Positions 1 to 8,516 of a DNA stretch of 32,000 bases are shown here, piece after piece (position 1 is the stretch's first letter; each line of letters begins with the position of its first letter). Under the pieces are notes generated by a model. It saw only the letters and a program-made list of their open reading frames with translations, had not been told where the DNA came from and ran no database searches. Source of the stretch: Methylomicrobium lacus LW14 (GTDB lineage Bacteria > Pseudomonadota > Gammaproteobacteria > Methylococcales > Methylomonadaceae); contig NZ_AZUN01000001.1 of assembly GCF_000527095.1 (NCBI RefSeq), positions 1,239,209 to 1,271,208 of the forward strand, read 5' to 3'. The translations under genes and the position numbers were made by a program.

Positions 1-1384
1 CCACGTCTTTCGCGGCAACCACGGAGACCAGCTGTGGCTTGCCTTCGGTCAGGGTGCCCGTTTTGTCCACCACCAGCGTATCGATTTTTTCCAGGACTTC
101 CAGTGCCTCGGCATTCTTGATCAGGACGCCCGCCAGAGCGCCTTGTCCGGTGCCCACCATGATGGACATGGGCGTCGCGAGACCCAATGCACAGGGACAG
201 GCGATAATGAGCACGGCCACGGCGTTGACAATGCCGTGGGACAGGCGCGGCTCCGGCCCCCAGAGGGACCAGACAATCAACGTGAGGATGGCGATAGCCA
301 CCACCGCTGGCACGAAATAGCCCGAGACGGTGTCGGCCAGTTTCTGAATAGGCGCGCGGCTGCGTTGCGCCTCGCCGACCCTATGGATGATTTGCGCCAA
401 CAGGGTATCGGACCCCACCTTTTCGGCGCGCAACAACAGGCTGCCGGTGCCGTTCACCGTGGCACCAATCAACTGATCGCCAGCTCTTTTTTCTACGGGA
501 ATCGACTCACCCGTCACCATGGACTCATCGACGGCGCTGACGCCTTCAAGAACAGTGCCGTCCACCGGAACTTTCTCGCCGGGACGCACCCGTAGCACTT
601 GGCCTGGTAGTACCTGCTCCAAAGGCACATCGCGTTCACTACCGTCTTCCAGCACACGGCGCGCAGTCTTCGGCGCGAGTCCCAGCAGCATTTTGATCGC
701 GGCACCCGTGCGGCTACGCGCCCGCAGCTCCAAAACCTGCCCTAACAGCACCAAGGTCGTGATGACGGCAGCCGCCTCGAAATAAACCGGCACCATGCCT
801 GCCATGCTACGCAAGCTGTCTGGAAATAGACCGGGCCAGACGGTAGCCGCCAGACTATAGAGCCAGGCAACGCCGATCCCCAAGGCAATCAGCGTAAACA
901 TGTTGAGGCTGCGATGAATTAAGGAAGCCCATCCACGCACAAAGAACGGCCAGCCTCCCCAGAGCACCACGGGCGTGGCAAGCGCTAATTGAAGCCATTG
1001 CAGCCTTCGTGCATCCAGAAAACCGGGCATGGCGGCCGGATAAAGATCATGGCCCATGGCCAGAATGAACAATGGCAAAGATAATGCAGCGCTAACCCAA
1101 AAACGCAGCGACATGGCCTTTAGCTCGCGGTCTTCGGTTTCAACTTCGGCTGTTCGCGGTTCCAGGGCCATACCACAAACCGGGCAGTTCCCCGGTTCAT
1201 CGCGCACAACCTCAGGGTGCATGGGGCAGACGTATTGGGTTCGAGATACAGCGATCGGCTCGACCATTTGTTCCAAGGACATTCCGCATTTGGGGCAACT
1301 GCCAGGCTGCAACTGACGGATTTCCGGATGCATCGGGCAGGTGTATATCGGCGATTTCAAGGCCGCTTTAACTTTTGTAGACAT
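1..1384 (-). CDS. copA: Copper(I)-translocating P1B-type ATPase, N-terminal ~461 codons (3' end lies beyond the window start)
   Basis: Absent from the ORF track because it has no stop in the window. My minus-strand translation from the ATG at 1384 (GGAGAA Shine-Dalgarno just upstream) reads [35 protein letters not shown], followed by a second module [22 protein letters not shown]. It continues through TM helices, the CPC ion-path motif ([13 protein letters not shown]) and the DKTGTLT phosphorylation motif at the window edge. The + strand ORFs 39..785 are antisense artefacts. Confidence 0.9.
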   Translation of the reverse strand, partial: MSTKVKAALKSPIYTCPMHPEIRQLQPGSCPKCGMSLEQMVEPIAVSRTQYVCPMHPEVVRDEPGNCPVCGMALEPRTAEVETEDRELKAMSLRFWVSAALSLPLFILAMGHDLYPAAMPGFLDARRLQWLQLALATPVVLWGGWPFFVRGWASLIHRSLNMFTLIALGIGVAWLYSLAATVWPGLFPDSLRSMAGMVPVYFEAAAVITTLVLLGQVLELRARSRTGAAIKMLLGLAPKTARRVLEDGSERDVPLEQVLPGQVLRVRPGEKVPVDGTVLEGVSAVDESMVTGESIPVEKRAGDQLIGATVNGTGSLLLRAEKVGSDTLLAQIIHRVGEAQRSRAPIQKLADTVSGYFVPAVVAIAILTLIVWSLWGPEPRLSHGIVNAVAVLIIACPCALGLATPMSIMVGTGQGALAGVLIKNAEALEVLEKIDTLVVDKTGTLTEGKPQLVSVVAAKDV

Positions 1385-1430
1385 TTTAAGTTCTCCAACG
1401 AAAAACGACCTATTTAGCGATAGCTTGGTT

Positions 1431-1459
1431 TTTTATGGCTCCAAGCCTTTCGATGTCAA
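1431..1459 (-). promoter_or_regulatory. Candidate sigma70 promoter for copA
   Basis: On the minus strand, TTGACA (1459..1454) is followed by a 17-bp spacer and ATAAAA (1436..1431), about 45 nt upstream of the copA ATG. A dyad GCTTGG-N12-CCAAGC (1423..1446) overlaps it. This is a pattern match only. The spacer is not the 19-20 bp expected for a CueR/MerR-type promoter. Confidence 0.25.
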
Positions 1460-1733
1460 ACTCTCAAGTTATCGCAGATAGACGTTTACCAACGATCAAT
1501 GTCATATTTTTCGTAAGATTAGACACGACGCAGCCTAGAAAGCTTCATATTATGCTTTCAAATGTCCTCGCATCAACGTAGAGAGCATAAGTTCTGCCGC
1601 ATTTTCCGCAAATAAGACGGCCATGAACAGTCAGTCGGTCAATCAATGGAAACTTTATAACTGTCTAAAAGGGTAGAACATCCAGATTACTGTATAACTA
1701 TATCTCCGGCTTGTTACCAAGGCAAAAAACATC

Positions 1734-2357
1734 ATGCAAAGGCACGAAGAAAAAGAGACAGGACGCATAGAAGGGTTTAGTGATCACGTCTTCGCTATAG
1801 CCATGACGCTGCTTGTGATCGAAATCAAGATACCGAGCCATGAGCTGGTTGCAGCAAAGGGGTTGGCGCAATCCTTAGCCGCGCTTTGGCCCAGCTATTT
1901 GGCGTTCTTGACCAGCTTCTTCACAATCCTTGTCATCTGGGTACACCACCACTGGATCTTCGGGTTGATCAGAAGAATTGACCATCCTTTCCTTTACTGT
2001 AATGGTCTCTTGCTGCTCTTTGTCGCATTCGTACCCTTCCCAACAGCGCTCATAGCAGAGTATTCGCTCCATCCCGACGCAAAGGTGGCCGCAAACTTGT
2101 ATACAGGAACATTCCTGGCCATTTCACTCACCTTCGACATGCTATGGCGATATGCCTCGAAAAGACTACTGTCAACAAATTCAACCCGCGTAAAAAAAGA
2201 CGAGGCCGCGCAAATTACTAAGCAGTATCGGTTTGGCCCCCTTCTCTATTTCGCAATCTTCGGGTTATCGTTCGTGTCTGAAACATTGAGTCTTGCTCTG
2301 TGTTTGATGCTGGCATTGCTTTTCGCACTTGGGGGCTGGCCAATCAGAAGGCAGTAA
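1734..2357 (+). CDS. TMEM175/DUF1211-family membrane protein (putative K+ channel)
   Basis: 207-aa ORF. The N-terminal signature GRIEGFSDHVFAIAMTLLVIEI matches the RxxxFSD-xVxAI-xxTLLV motif of TM1 in the family. The hydrophobicity pattern gives about 6 TM segments. Confidence 0.8.
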   Translation: MQRHEEKETGRIEGFSDHVFAIAMTLLVIEIKIPSHELVAAKGLAQSLAALWPSYLAFLTSFFTILVIWVHHHWIFGLIRRIDHPFLYCNGLLLLFVAFVPFPTALIAEYSLHPDAKVAANLYTGTFLAISLTFDMLWRYASKRLLSTNSTRVKKDEAAQITKQYRFGPLLYFAIFGLSFVSETLSLALCLMLALLFALGGWPIRRQ

Positions 2358-2412
2358 GCGATACCGCCTTTGCTTGTCTCCAGTAACAAAACCCGCCGCA
2401 CTGAGTCACCGG

Positions 2413-2973
2413 TCATTCTTCATTCATTTCGGAATCGGACCAATGCCGGTCGAGCACAGGATGGGACAGGTAATACAACGGAATGCTCAGGAAGATTATC
2501 GTACTGAGATGCAAACTCAGGAATGAAACGGGGATGGCTATCAAGCTGATAATAATTGGGCTTACAATCATTCGTCGTGTTACCAGTCGTCGGGTGTCTT
2601 CTTCGATCTTGTGGGCGAGCAGGTGGGGATGCAAAACCGCATATCTCCAGAGAGCGATCAGAGCAAGCCCAATGACAATTTGTACACCGCCAAATAGCAG
2701 CGTAACCAATGGCTCGTCGCGATAGGCGCCTTTGAGCTCCGTGATGAACGGTAGCAGTGTGACAGGGAACAGAAAAAAAAGGTTGAGCCAAACCAGTGTT
2801 CGGCTTCCGTTCCGAAAAAAATGCATGATTGCAGCGTGTTGGACCCAATACGTGCCTGCAAGCCAGAAACTGACCGCGTAGATAAGCAGATCAAAGCCAA
2901 TACGCCCCAGAAACGCAATAAGCCCTTGTTCGGAAAAGCGGTGATCGGTAGGGACGTCGATACCCAAAACCAA
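2413..2973 (-). CDS. Second TMEM175/DUF1211-family paralog, apparently missing a usable start for its conserved TM1
   Basis: The ORF track starts at a TTG inside the TLLVLG motif. The same frame stays open upstream to about 3044 and encodes SFSLDRCKALVDGVFAIVVTLLVLGIDVP, the conserved TM1 signature. That extension has no ATG, GTG or TTG, and TAA and TAG stops lie just upstream in frame. Confidence 0.6.
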   Translation of the reverse strand: MVLGIDVPTDHRFSEQGLIAFLGRIGFDLLIYAVSFWLAGTYWVQHAAIMHFFRNGSRTLVWLNLFFLFPVTLLPFITELKGAYRDEPLVTLLFGGVQIVIGLALIALWRYAVLHPHLLAHKIEEDTRRLVTRRMIVSPIIISLIAIPVSFLSLHLSTIIFLSIPLYYLSHPVLDRHWSDSEMNEE

Positions 2974-3211
2974 CAGCGTGACGACGATGGCAAATACACC
3001 GTCTACCAGTGCTTTGCAGCGGTCTAGGCTGAAGGAACCGGTAGAGCCGGATGATAGAAGTTCTTAGGGTAAAACCTATTTGCAGATCGAACGTTCGGGA
3101 AGCATTAGTCGGGATTAAGCATTGATTGAAAGCTTTACTCGCGATTATGTGGCTTTCTCAGGACAAAATTTCCCCTATGTGCTGGTTCCGTTATTAGCTA
3201 AGGAAAACGTT

Positions 3212-3514
3212 ATGTTCAGCCTCACTCGGCCGCTGGTGATTTACGAAAGCATGACCCTGTCATTTGATCATCTTGATTTTCGGCAAGCGTCCGTGGAAAT
3301 GATGGAACCGAAGATGGAAGTCAGTGGCAAACGCGCTTCGGCTTATTTACACTTTCAGATCAAGACAGGCGAAAATGTGGTTGGCACTGGCTTTAAAAAA
3401 CTAGCGATCAGTATACAGAATGGTTATGAATCTGAGCCGATGCAGGCATTTGTCGATGACTATCTGGCCAGGAAAAACGACTATCTGGGTAATTTGGCGG
3501 TTCTGTCGCATTAA
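3212..3514 (+). CDS. Hypothetical protein (100 aa)
   Basis: ATG at 3212 is preceded by AAGGAA, whereas the TTG at 3122 in the ORF track has no ribosome-binding site. I recognise no family motif. A terminator lies downstream. Confidence 0.5.
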   Translation: MFSLTRPLVIYESMTLSFDHLDFRQASVEMMEPKMEVSGKRASAYLHFQIKTGENVVGTGFKKLAISIQNGYESEPMQAFVDDYLARKNDYLGNLAVLSH

Positions 3515-3604
3515 GTCTGTCAAACTGGATTGGAAGAATCCTAAGAACTTTTTATCTTTCCGTATTTGACTCTATCGTGATCTCGGTGGCGTTTGCACAG
3601 GGAT

Positions 3605-3634
3605 AAAAAAAAGCCGGGGGGTCCCGGCTTTGTT
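3605..3634. terminator. Bidirectional rho-independent terminator
   Basis: An A-run is followed by the stem GCCGGG (3613..3618), a GGGT loop, CCCGGC (3623..3628) and TTTGTT. Confidence 0.6.
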
Positions 3635-3643
3635 AAGGCATCA

Positions 3644-3769
3644 AGTTCTCTCGAGACTTTATGATCCATCTTACAGAGGTGGAAGTTGGTTATTTTTATT
3701 TTATCGAGTTCTCTCAAGACTTAATGATCCACCTTACCGCGGTGGAGATTGGTTATTTTTATTTTATCG
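3644..3769 (+). repeat. Two tandem 63-bp units, each with an internal hairpin and a T-rich tail
   Basis: Unit 1 (3644..3706) and unit 2 (3707..3769) differ at 7 of 63 positions. Each contains TCCA(T/C)CT..loop..GGTGGA followed by TTGGTTATTTTTATTTTATCG. Confidence 0.85.
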
Positions 3770-4066
3770 GATTCAGATCGCTAAGATCTGCACTTGCGAA
3801 TGGCTCTTGGTGAAGGCGAGTCCGTTTATAGTGGTTTGGTTAAAAATCGTCTATTTTCCTCTCCATGTTAAGAAGTGCATTCGATCTTAACGATCAGCCA
3901 GCTTCTTTTTGGGGCACATTAAAGCGGATATCAGCGCGAGATGAAATACGTGCGAGCACGTACGTAGGATCACGTATTCAATACCCGCAAAAGGAATAGC
4001 ATTTGTCGGTACCCCTATATCACTTTGAGATAACACTGAACTAAAAAAATTATTGATGCTAATTGA

Positions 4067-4684
4067 CTAACTTAGGCGCTTGATTTGATGAAGTACAGCC
4101 TTGACATCATTGTATTCATGTTGGATGCCGGTAAAAACCCCCTCTTTTTCCAATAATAGTGTTGGAAAACCTTTTACTTCCAGTCTGTGCGTGAATTCAA
4201 TCTCTTTTAACAACGCCTCATGGACGGCTGGACTTTCCATATCCGCTGAAAAGAGTGCTCTATCCAAACCGATTTCATTGGCCAATTCAATCAGCGTGTT
4301 CCTATCGGCAGGATTTCTTGCCTCCAGATAGTATGCCTGTTGGATCGCCAGGATCATGTTCTCTTCGTATCCGGGATTTTGTCGCCTTGCGGCGATAACG
4401 GCACGACAGGCCGCATAAGTTGACCGTCGAGGAACGCATCTTTCCCAAAATTCAAAATTGAACGGCGTACCGGGAACCGTTTGTTGGATTTTTTGCCAGA
4501 TACCCTTCAGCTTGGCCTGCATGTCTGTTGGCATCGCTTGCTCCGTGTCCGGAGCAAGGCCTCCCAGAACGCGTTGACTGCGCACAAGATCAGGAAGGCC
4601 CTCAACGATTTCTTGCCAGCGAGGCCTGAATGCCCAACACCAACTGCACATGGGGTCATGGAAGTAGTAAAGAGTCAGAGACAT
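4067..4684 (-). CDS. DsbA-family thiol:disulfide oxidoreductase-like protein
   Basis: 205-aa ORF with an N-terminal redox motif in MSLTLYYFHDPMCSWCWAF (CxxC = CSWC). Its length is typical of DsbA/FrnE-like proteins. Confidence 0.8.
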   Translation of the reverse strand: MSLTLYYFHDPMCSWCWAFRPRWQEIVEGLPDLVRSQRVLGGLAPDTEQAMPTDMQAKLKGIWQKIQQTVPGTPFNFEFWERCVPRRSTYAACRAVIAARRQNPGYEENMILAIQQAYYLEARNPADRNTLIELANEIGLDRALFSADMESPAVHEALLKEIEFTHRLEVKGFPTLLLEKEGVFTGIQHEYNDVKAVLHQIKRLS

Positions 4685-4741
4685 AACTGAACCTGTGCGA
4701 GTGATCGGTAATCAAAATTTTATCGCCGATGAGCCTTATAG

Positions 4742-4882
<141 letters not shown>

Positions 4883-4958
4883 TAAGCGTTCAACCGTACC
4901 GCCTATAAAATAATTTTCGTCTGTTGCATCCTGTCCTTTTTTTGTCAGGAGTTTTGGC

Positions 4959-5246
4959 ATGGCTATCACAGCGAAATGGCGTCAGCATATTGAAGCGTGG
5001 CAACGTAGCGGGCTATCACAAGCCGCGTATTGCGCCGAGCGGCAACTCAATGTCCGTACCTTCACGGCGCGTTTGAGCGACTATCGCAAATTGCCCCAGC
5101 CAGAGTCGGCAGCCTTAATACCGGTGCATGTTCAGCCGTCTGCGCCTGCCGCGATTGTCTTCACGCATGCCCAAGGTCACCGCCTGGAGTTGTCCGCTAC
5201 CGTATCAGCGCGCTGGGTGGCTGAGTTGTTGCGATGCCTGGCTTGA
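4959..5246 (+). CDS. tnpA: IS66-family accessory protein TnpA (Orf1)
   Basis: 95 aa, beginning MAITAKWRQHIEAWQRSGLSQAAYCAERQLNVRTF (helix-turn-helix-like). It is the first ORF inside the IS and overlaps the tnpB start. Confidence 0.85.
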   Translation: MAITAKWRQHIEAWQRSGLSQAAYCAERQLNVRTFTARLSDYRKLPQPESAALIPVHVQPSAPAAIVFTHAQGHRLELSATVSARWVAELLRCLA

Positions 5247-5584
5247 TTGCGAGTCCGGCACAGATCTGGCTGGCGGTGGCGCCGGTCGATATGCGGCGCG
5301 GCCTGGATGGCTTAACCGCAATCGTCCAGCAAAGCCTGGGGCACCCGCCTGGCTGCGGATCGGCCTTCATCTTCCGCAACCGTGCCGGCAACCGCTTGCG
5401 CCTGTTGCTGTGGGACGGCAATGGGGTTTGGCTGTGCCAGCGGCGGTTGCATCGAGGCAGTTTTGTTTGGCCCAAAGCCTCTGACCCGGTCTTTGCGCTC
5501 AGTCAGGCCCAGTGGCAGTGGCTTGTGGCTGGTGTCGATTGGCAACGGCTATCGGCACAACCGTCAACAGAATGGCGGGTGTAA
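5234..5584 (+). CDS. tnpB: IS66-family Orf2 protein TnpB
   Basis: 116 aa with VDMRRGLDGLTAIVQQSLG...LRLLLWDGNGVWLCQRRL, characteristic of IS66 Orf2. Confidence 0.88.
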   Translation: MPGLIASPAQIWLAVAPVDMRRGLDGLTAIVQQSLGHPPGCGSAFIFRNRAGNRLRLLLWDGNGVWLCQRRLHRGSFVWPKASDPVFALSQAQWQWLVAGVDWQRLSAQPSTEWRV

Positions 5585-5648
5585 GGTACGGTATTGAAAC
5601 CTAGTAAAATCAAGGCGTTCAGTGGGTTTATGCAGTATAATAACGGCC

Positions 5649-7241
5649 ATGAATCCCCTCGCCAAACTCGATCAGTTGAACCTGGAGCCTTCGGCAAAAA
5701 CCGAAGTAGCCGCATTGATTCAAGCGCTGATCGAGCAGGCTGAGCGGGATGCCAAAGCCATTCAGAGCAAAGACGTCAAAATCGCCGCGCTGACCCACGA
5801 GTTGGCGTATTACAAGCGCATCCGTTTCAGCACCAAGAGCGAAGCCTTGGCCCCGCTGCAGCGGGATGTGTTCGAGGAAACCTGGAACACGGATATTTCG
5901 GCCATCGACGCGGAAGTCGAGCAACTGCAAGATGCCAGTCCTTGTACCACGGTGGTCCGCCCCAAACGCCTGCGCGCCGGCCGGCAACCGTTACCGTCTC
6001 ACTTGCCGCGCATCGAACACCGCCACGAACCCGAATCCTGCACCTGCGGGCACTGCGGCCGGGAGTTGGTCAAGATCGGCGAAGATGTGACCGAGCAACT
6101 GGATGTCGAGCCGGCGAAGTTCTTCGTCCATCGCCATATCCGCCCGCAATATGCCTGCCGGAGCTGCGAGACCGTGACGGCGGCGTCGATTCCGCCGGCG
6201 GTGATCGATGGCGGTCTGGCGGCGGTCGGCTTGTTGAGCTGGGTGATGATCAGCAAATTCCAGGACCATCTGCCGCTCTACCGCTTGGAGCAGATCGCCG
6301 CCCGCGACGGCGTGATCTTGTCCCGTTCCACCCTGGCCGACTGGGTCGGACGTCTCGGCGTCGCCTTGGAACCTTTGGCGGATCGCCTGGCCTGGCATCT
6401 TCAACAACGGCCGAGTCTTCATGCCGATGAAACGCCGGTGCCGCAACTGGATCCCGGCAACGGCAAAACCAAGAAAGCCTACCTGTGGGCCTACCGCAGC
6501 AATGACCTACAACCGGGGCCCAAGATCATCGTCTTCGACTATCAAGCCGGTCGCAGCGGCCGGCATGCCGGGCAGTTTCTAGGCGATTGGCAAGGCCATC
6601 TCGTGGTCGACGACTACGCCGGCTATAAAGCCTTGTTTGCGGCCGCCCGCGCCCATCCCGAAACTCGACTTCGGCTTGAGCCATGTATCGAACTGGCGTG
6701 TTGGGCGCATGCGCGGCGGAAATTCTTCGACCTGTTCCAGGCCAGCCAGAGCCCGATTGCGCAAGAAGCCTTACAGCGCATCGCGGTGCTGTATGCGATT
6801 GAAGCCGAAGGCCAAAGCCTGAGTTCAGCGGAACGCCAACGCCTGCGTGCCGAGAAAAGCCGGCCGGCACTGGCCGGCCTGCACGACTGGCTGCAACGCA
6901 CCCGAACCCACGCCGCGCCCAATACCGCGACCGCTAAAGCCATCGACTACAGCTTGAAACGCTGGATCGCTCTCACACGCTATGCTGAAACCGGCGATCT
7001 GCCAATCGACAACAACCCGATTGAAAACAGCATCCGACCTATCGCTTTGGGTAAAAAGAACTGGCTCTTTGCCGGCTCGGAACGCGCCGGAAAACGCGCG
7101 GCTGTGATTCAAACCTTGCTCGGCACGGCCAAGCTCAACGGCCTCGATCCTTTGGCCTGGCTAAAAGACACCCTCGAAAAACTGCCTACCTGGCCTAACA
7201 GCCGTATCGACGAATTACTGCCTTTCGGCAAATCACATTAA
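5649..7241 (+). CDS. tnpC: IS66-family transposase TnpC
   Basis: About 530 aa starting at the ATG (MNPLAKLDQL). It has a coiled-coil N-terminus, a zinc-finger-like CTCGHCG...CRSC, and the catalytic region HADETPV...YLWAY...DDYAGY...CWAHARRKF..NNPIENSIRPIALGKKNWLFAGS. The ORF-track GTG at 5622 is a less likely start. Confidence 0.92.
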   Translation: MNPLAKLDQLNLEPSAKTEVAALIQALIEQAERDAKAIQSKDVKIAALTHELAYYKRIRFSTKSEALAPLQRDVFEETWNTDISAIDAEVEQLQDASPCTTVVRPKRLRAGRQPLPSHLPRIEHRHEPESCTCGHCGRELVKIGEDVTEQLDVEPAKFFVHRHIRPQYACRSCETVTAASIPPAVIDGGLAAVGLLSWVMISKFQDHLPLYRLEQIAARDGVILSRSTLADWVGRLGVALEPLADRLAWHLQQRPSLHADETPVPQLDPGNGKTKKAYLWAYRSNDLQPGPKIIVFDYQAGRSGRHAGQFLGDWQGHLVVDDYAGYKALFAAARAHPETRLRLEPCIELACWAHARRKFFDLFQASQSPIAQEALQRIAVLYAIEAEGQSLSSAERQRLRAEKSRPALAGLHDWLQRTRTHAAPNTATAKAIDYSLKRWIALTRYAETGDLPIDNNPIENSIRPIALGKKNWLFAGSERAGKRAAVIQTLLGTAKLNGLDPLAWLKDTLEKLPTWPNSRIDELLPFGKSH

Positions 7242-7287
7242 ATCACGCCCCCATCAACCTCGCTATGTGGTAGGGTTGGACGCTTAC

Positions 7288-7295
7288 ACCAGAAA
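7288..7295. repeat. Target-site duplication, right copy (ACCAGAAA)
   Basis: These 8 bp sit immediately outside the right IS end and are identical to 4874..4881. Confidence 0.85.
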
Positions 7296-8001
7296 GCAGA
7301 CCGAGAGCGGAGAGAACTACATGAACATCAATCCCAAGGGCTATGTGCCTGCACTCAGGCTCGATGATGGGGAAGTCCTGACGGAAGTGGCCGTCGTACT
7401 TCAGTATCTCGCTGATCAAAAACCTGAGTCCGGGTTAGCACCTAAACTGGGGACGAAGGAGCGCTATCGTTTAATGGAGTGGTTGAACTTCGTGTCTTCG
7501 GAGATCCACAAGCCGTTCGGTTCACTATTCAACTCCAAAATCCCGGCAGAATGGCGGGAAAATCAGTTGGAACTGCTCGGCCGGCGGTTCGACTATCTGG
7601 CAGAACAGCTCAACGGAAAGCTTTATCTTACGGGCGACCAGTTCACCGTCGCCGACGCCTATCTCTTTACCGTACTTAATTGGAGCTCCTTGCTTAAAGT
7701 CGATCTAAAGAAATGGTCAAGACTCCAGGATTACATCACACAAGTAGCGGCCAGACCATCGGTGAAAGAGGCAATGCGGGCAGAAGGGCTTTGTCGGTAA
7801 GTCCAACCGGCGTAACCCAACAGTATCAGCCCTTAAATGGTAAATGATGTGCCGTCCTTCGTTCGGAACATTCTGCGGAACTAAAAGTGACTGTGTTATT
7901 GGTCGATGGCCGCTATACAGGCACAACTTTTGCGGCCTCGGTGAAGTATTCGTCCCACCTTGAGCAAGCAGTTGAATGTTTTAAGAAGAATCCTTTCGAT
8001 C

Positions 8002-8337
8002 TCACTCAGGAACGCCAGGTAAAAGTAAATCCGTTCGTCCTGAGCCTGTCGAAGGATGAACGGATTTACTTTTAGCCAAGCGAGAAACCTCCGCCCAATC
8101 GCCGCGTATCATGGCCTCTTTTTTTAAGCGGCTCCAGCCTTTGATTTGTCTCTCCGCCGACAACGCTTCCTCTCGGGTAGCAGTTTCCTGCGACCAAACA
8201 AACTCTACCGGAAGTCTTGTTGCTGTATATCCAGAACATTCGCCAGCTTTATATTGAGCCATTCGTCTTTCGAGGTCGTCAGTATGTCCCGTGTAGTAGC
8301 TGCCATCAGCACAACGAAGGATATAAACCCAAAACAT
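8002..8337 (-). CDS. GIY-YIG nuclease family protein (small, UPF0213/YhbQ-like) whose 3' end runs into a palindromic element
   Basis: MFWVYILRCADGSYYTGHTDDLERRMAQYK...ALSAERQIKGWSRLKKE carries the GIY..YIG core and the conserved R and E positions. The last ~25 codons (SVHPSTGSGRTDLLLPGVPE) are the translation of hairpin copy 1 and its flank, not a native tail. Confidence 0.8.
   Translation of the reverse strand: MFWVYILRCADGSYYTGHTDDLERRMAQYKAGECSGYTATRLPVEFVWSQETATREEALSAERQIKGWSRLKKEAMIRGDWAEVSRLAKSKSVHPSTGSGRTDLLLPGVPE
8021..8073 (+). repeat. Palindromic hairpin element, copy 1 (sense on + strand)
   Basis: Left arm AAAAGTAAATCCGTTCGTCC, 13-nt loop TGAGCCTGTCGAA, right arm GGATGAACGGATTTACTTTT. 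The arms are 20 nt with a single G:T wobble. Confidence 0.9.
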
Positions 8338-8368
8338 TTTTCACCCCAATTATTTTGCATTAGCGGCC

Positions 8369-8421
8369 GCCATTTTCTCCGTTCATCCTTCGACAAGCTC
8401 AGGACGAACGGAGAAAATGGC
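8369..8421 (-). repeat. Palindromic hairpin element, copy 2 (sense on - strand, inverted relative to copy 1)
   Basis: The minus strand reads GCCATTTTCTCCGTTCGTCC, TGAGCTTGTCGAA, GGATGAACGGAGAAAATGGC. It has the same core and the same wobble position as copy 1, with a different outer stem. It lies 32 to 84 nt upstream of the GIY-YIG start. Confidence 0.9.
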
Positions 8422-8455
8422 TCATCCAAGTCTCTACCCACTCGAATTTAAGCTC

Positions 8456-8516
8456 TGAACAAGTTGATTCCGTTCGTGGTGAGCCTGTCGGACCATGAAC
8501 GGAATCAACTTGTTCA
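8456..8516 (+). repeat. Palindromic hairpin element, copy 3 (sense on + strand, variant inner stem)
   Basis: TGAACAAGTTGATTCCGTTCGTGG, TGAGCCTGTCGGA, CCATGAACGGAATCAACTTGTTCA. The arms are 24 nt. The inner stem is GTGG/CCAT rather than GTCC/GGAT. Confidence 0.9.

Noticed and set aside
39-785. Several + strand ORFs (93 to 150 aa) at the window start
   Set aside because: They are antisense to a clear minus-strand P-type ATPase reading frame containing the CPC and DKTGT motifs. Their translations are low-complexity and Arg/Gly/Ala-rich.
3630-3890. 86-aa ORF with an internally repeated peptide (VLSRLYDPSYRGGSWLFLFYR twice)
   Set aside because: The peptide repeat is only the translation of the 63-bp tandem DNA repeat. 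The ORF starts inside a terminator hairpin and has no ribosome-binding site.
7798-7817. GTAAGTCCAACCGGCGTAAC immediately after the gst stop resembles the IS66 terminal repeat GTAAGCGTCCAACC
   Set aside because: It needs a 2-nt gap to align, matches only about 12 positions, overlaps the gst stop codon, and has no partner end or adjacent IS remnant. It is probably coincidence.
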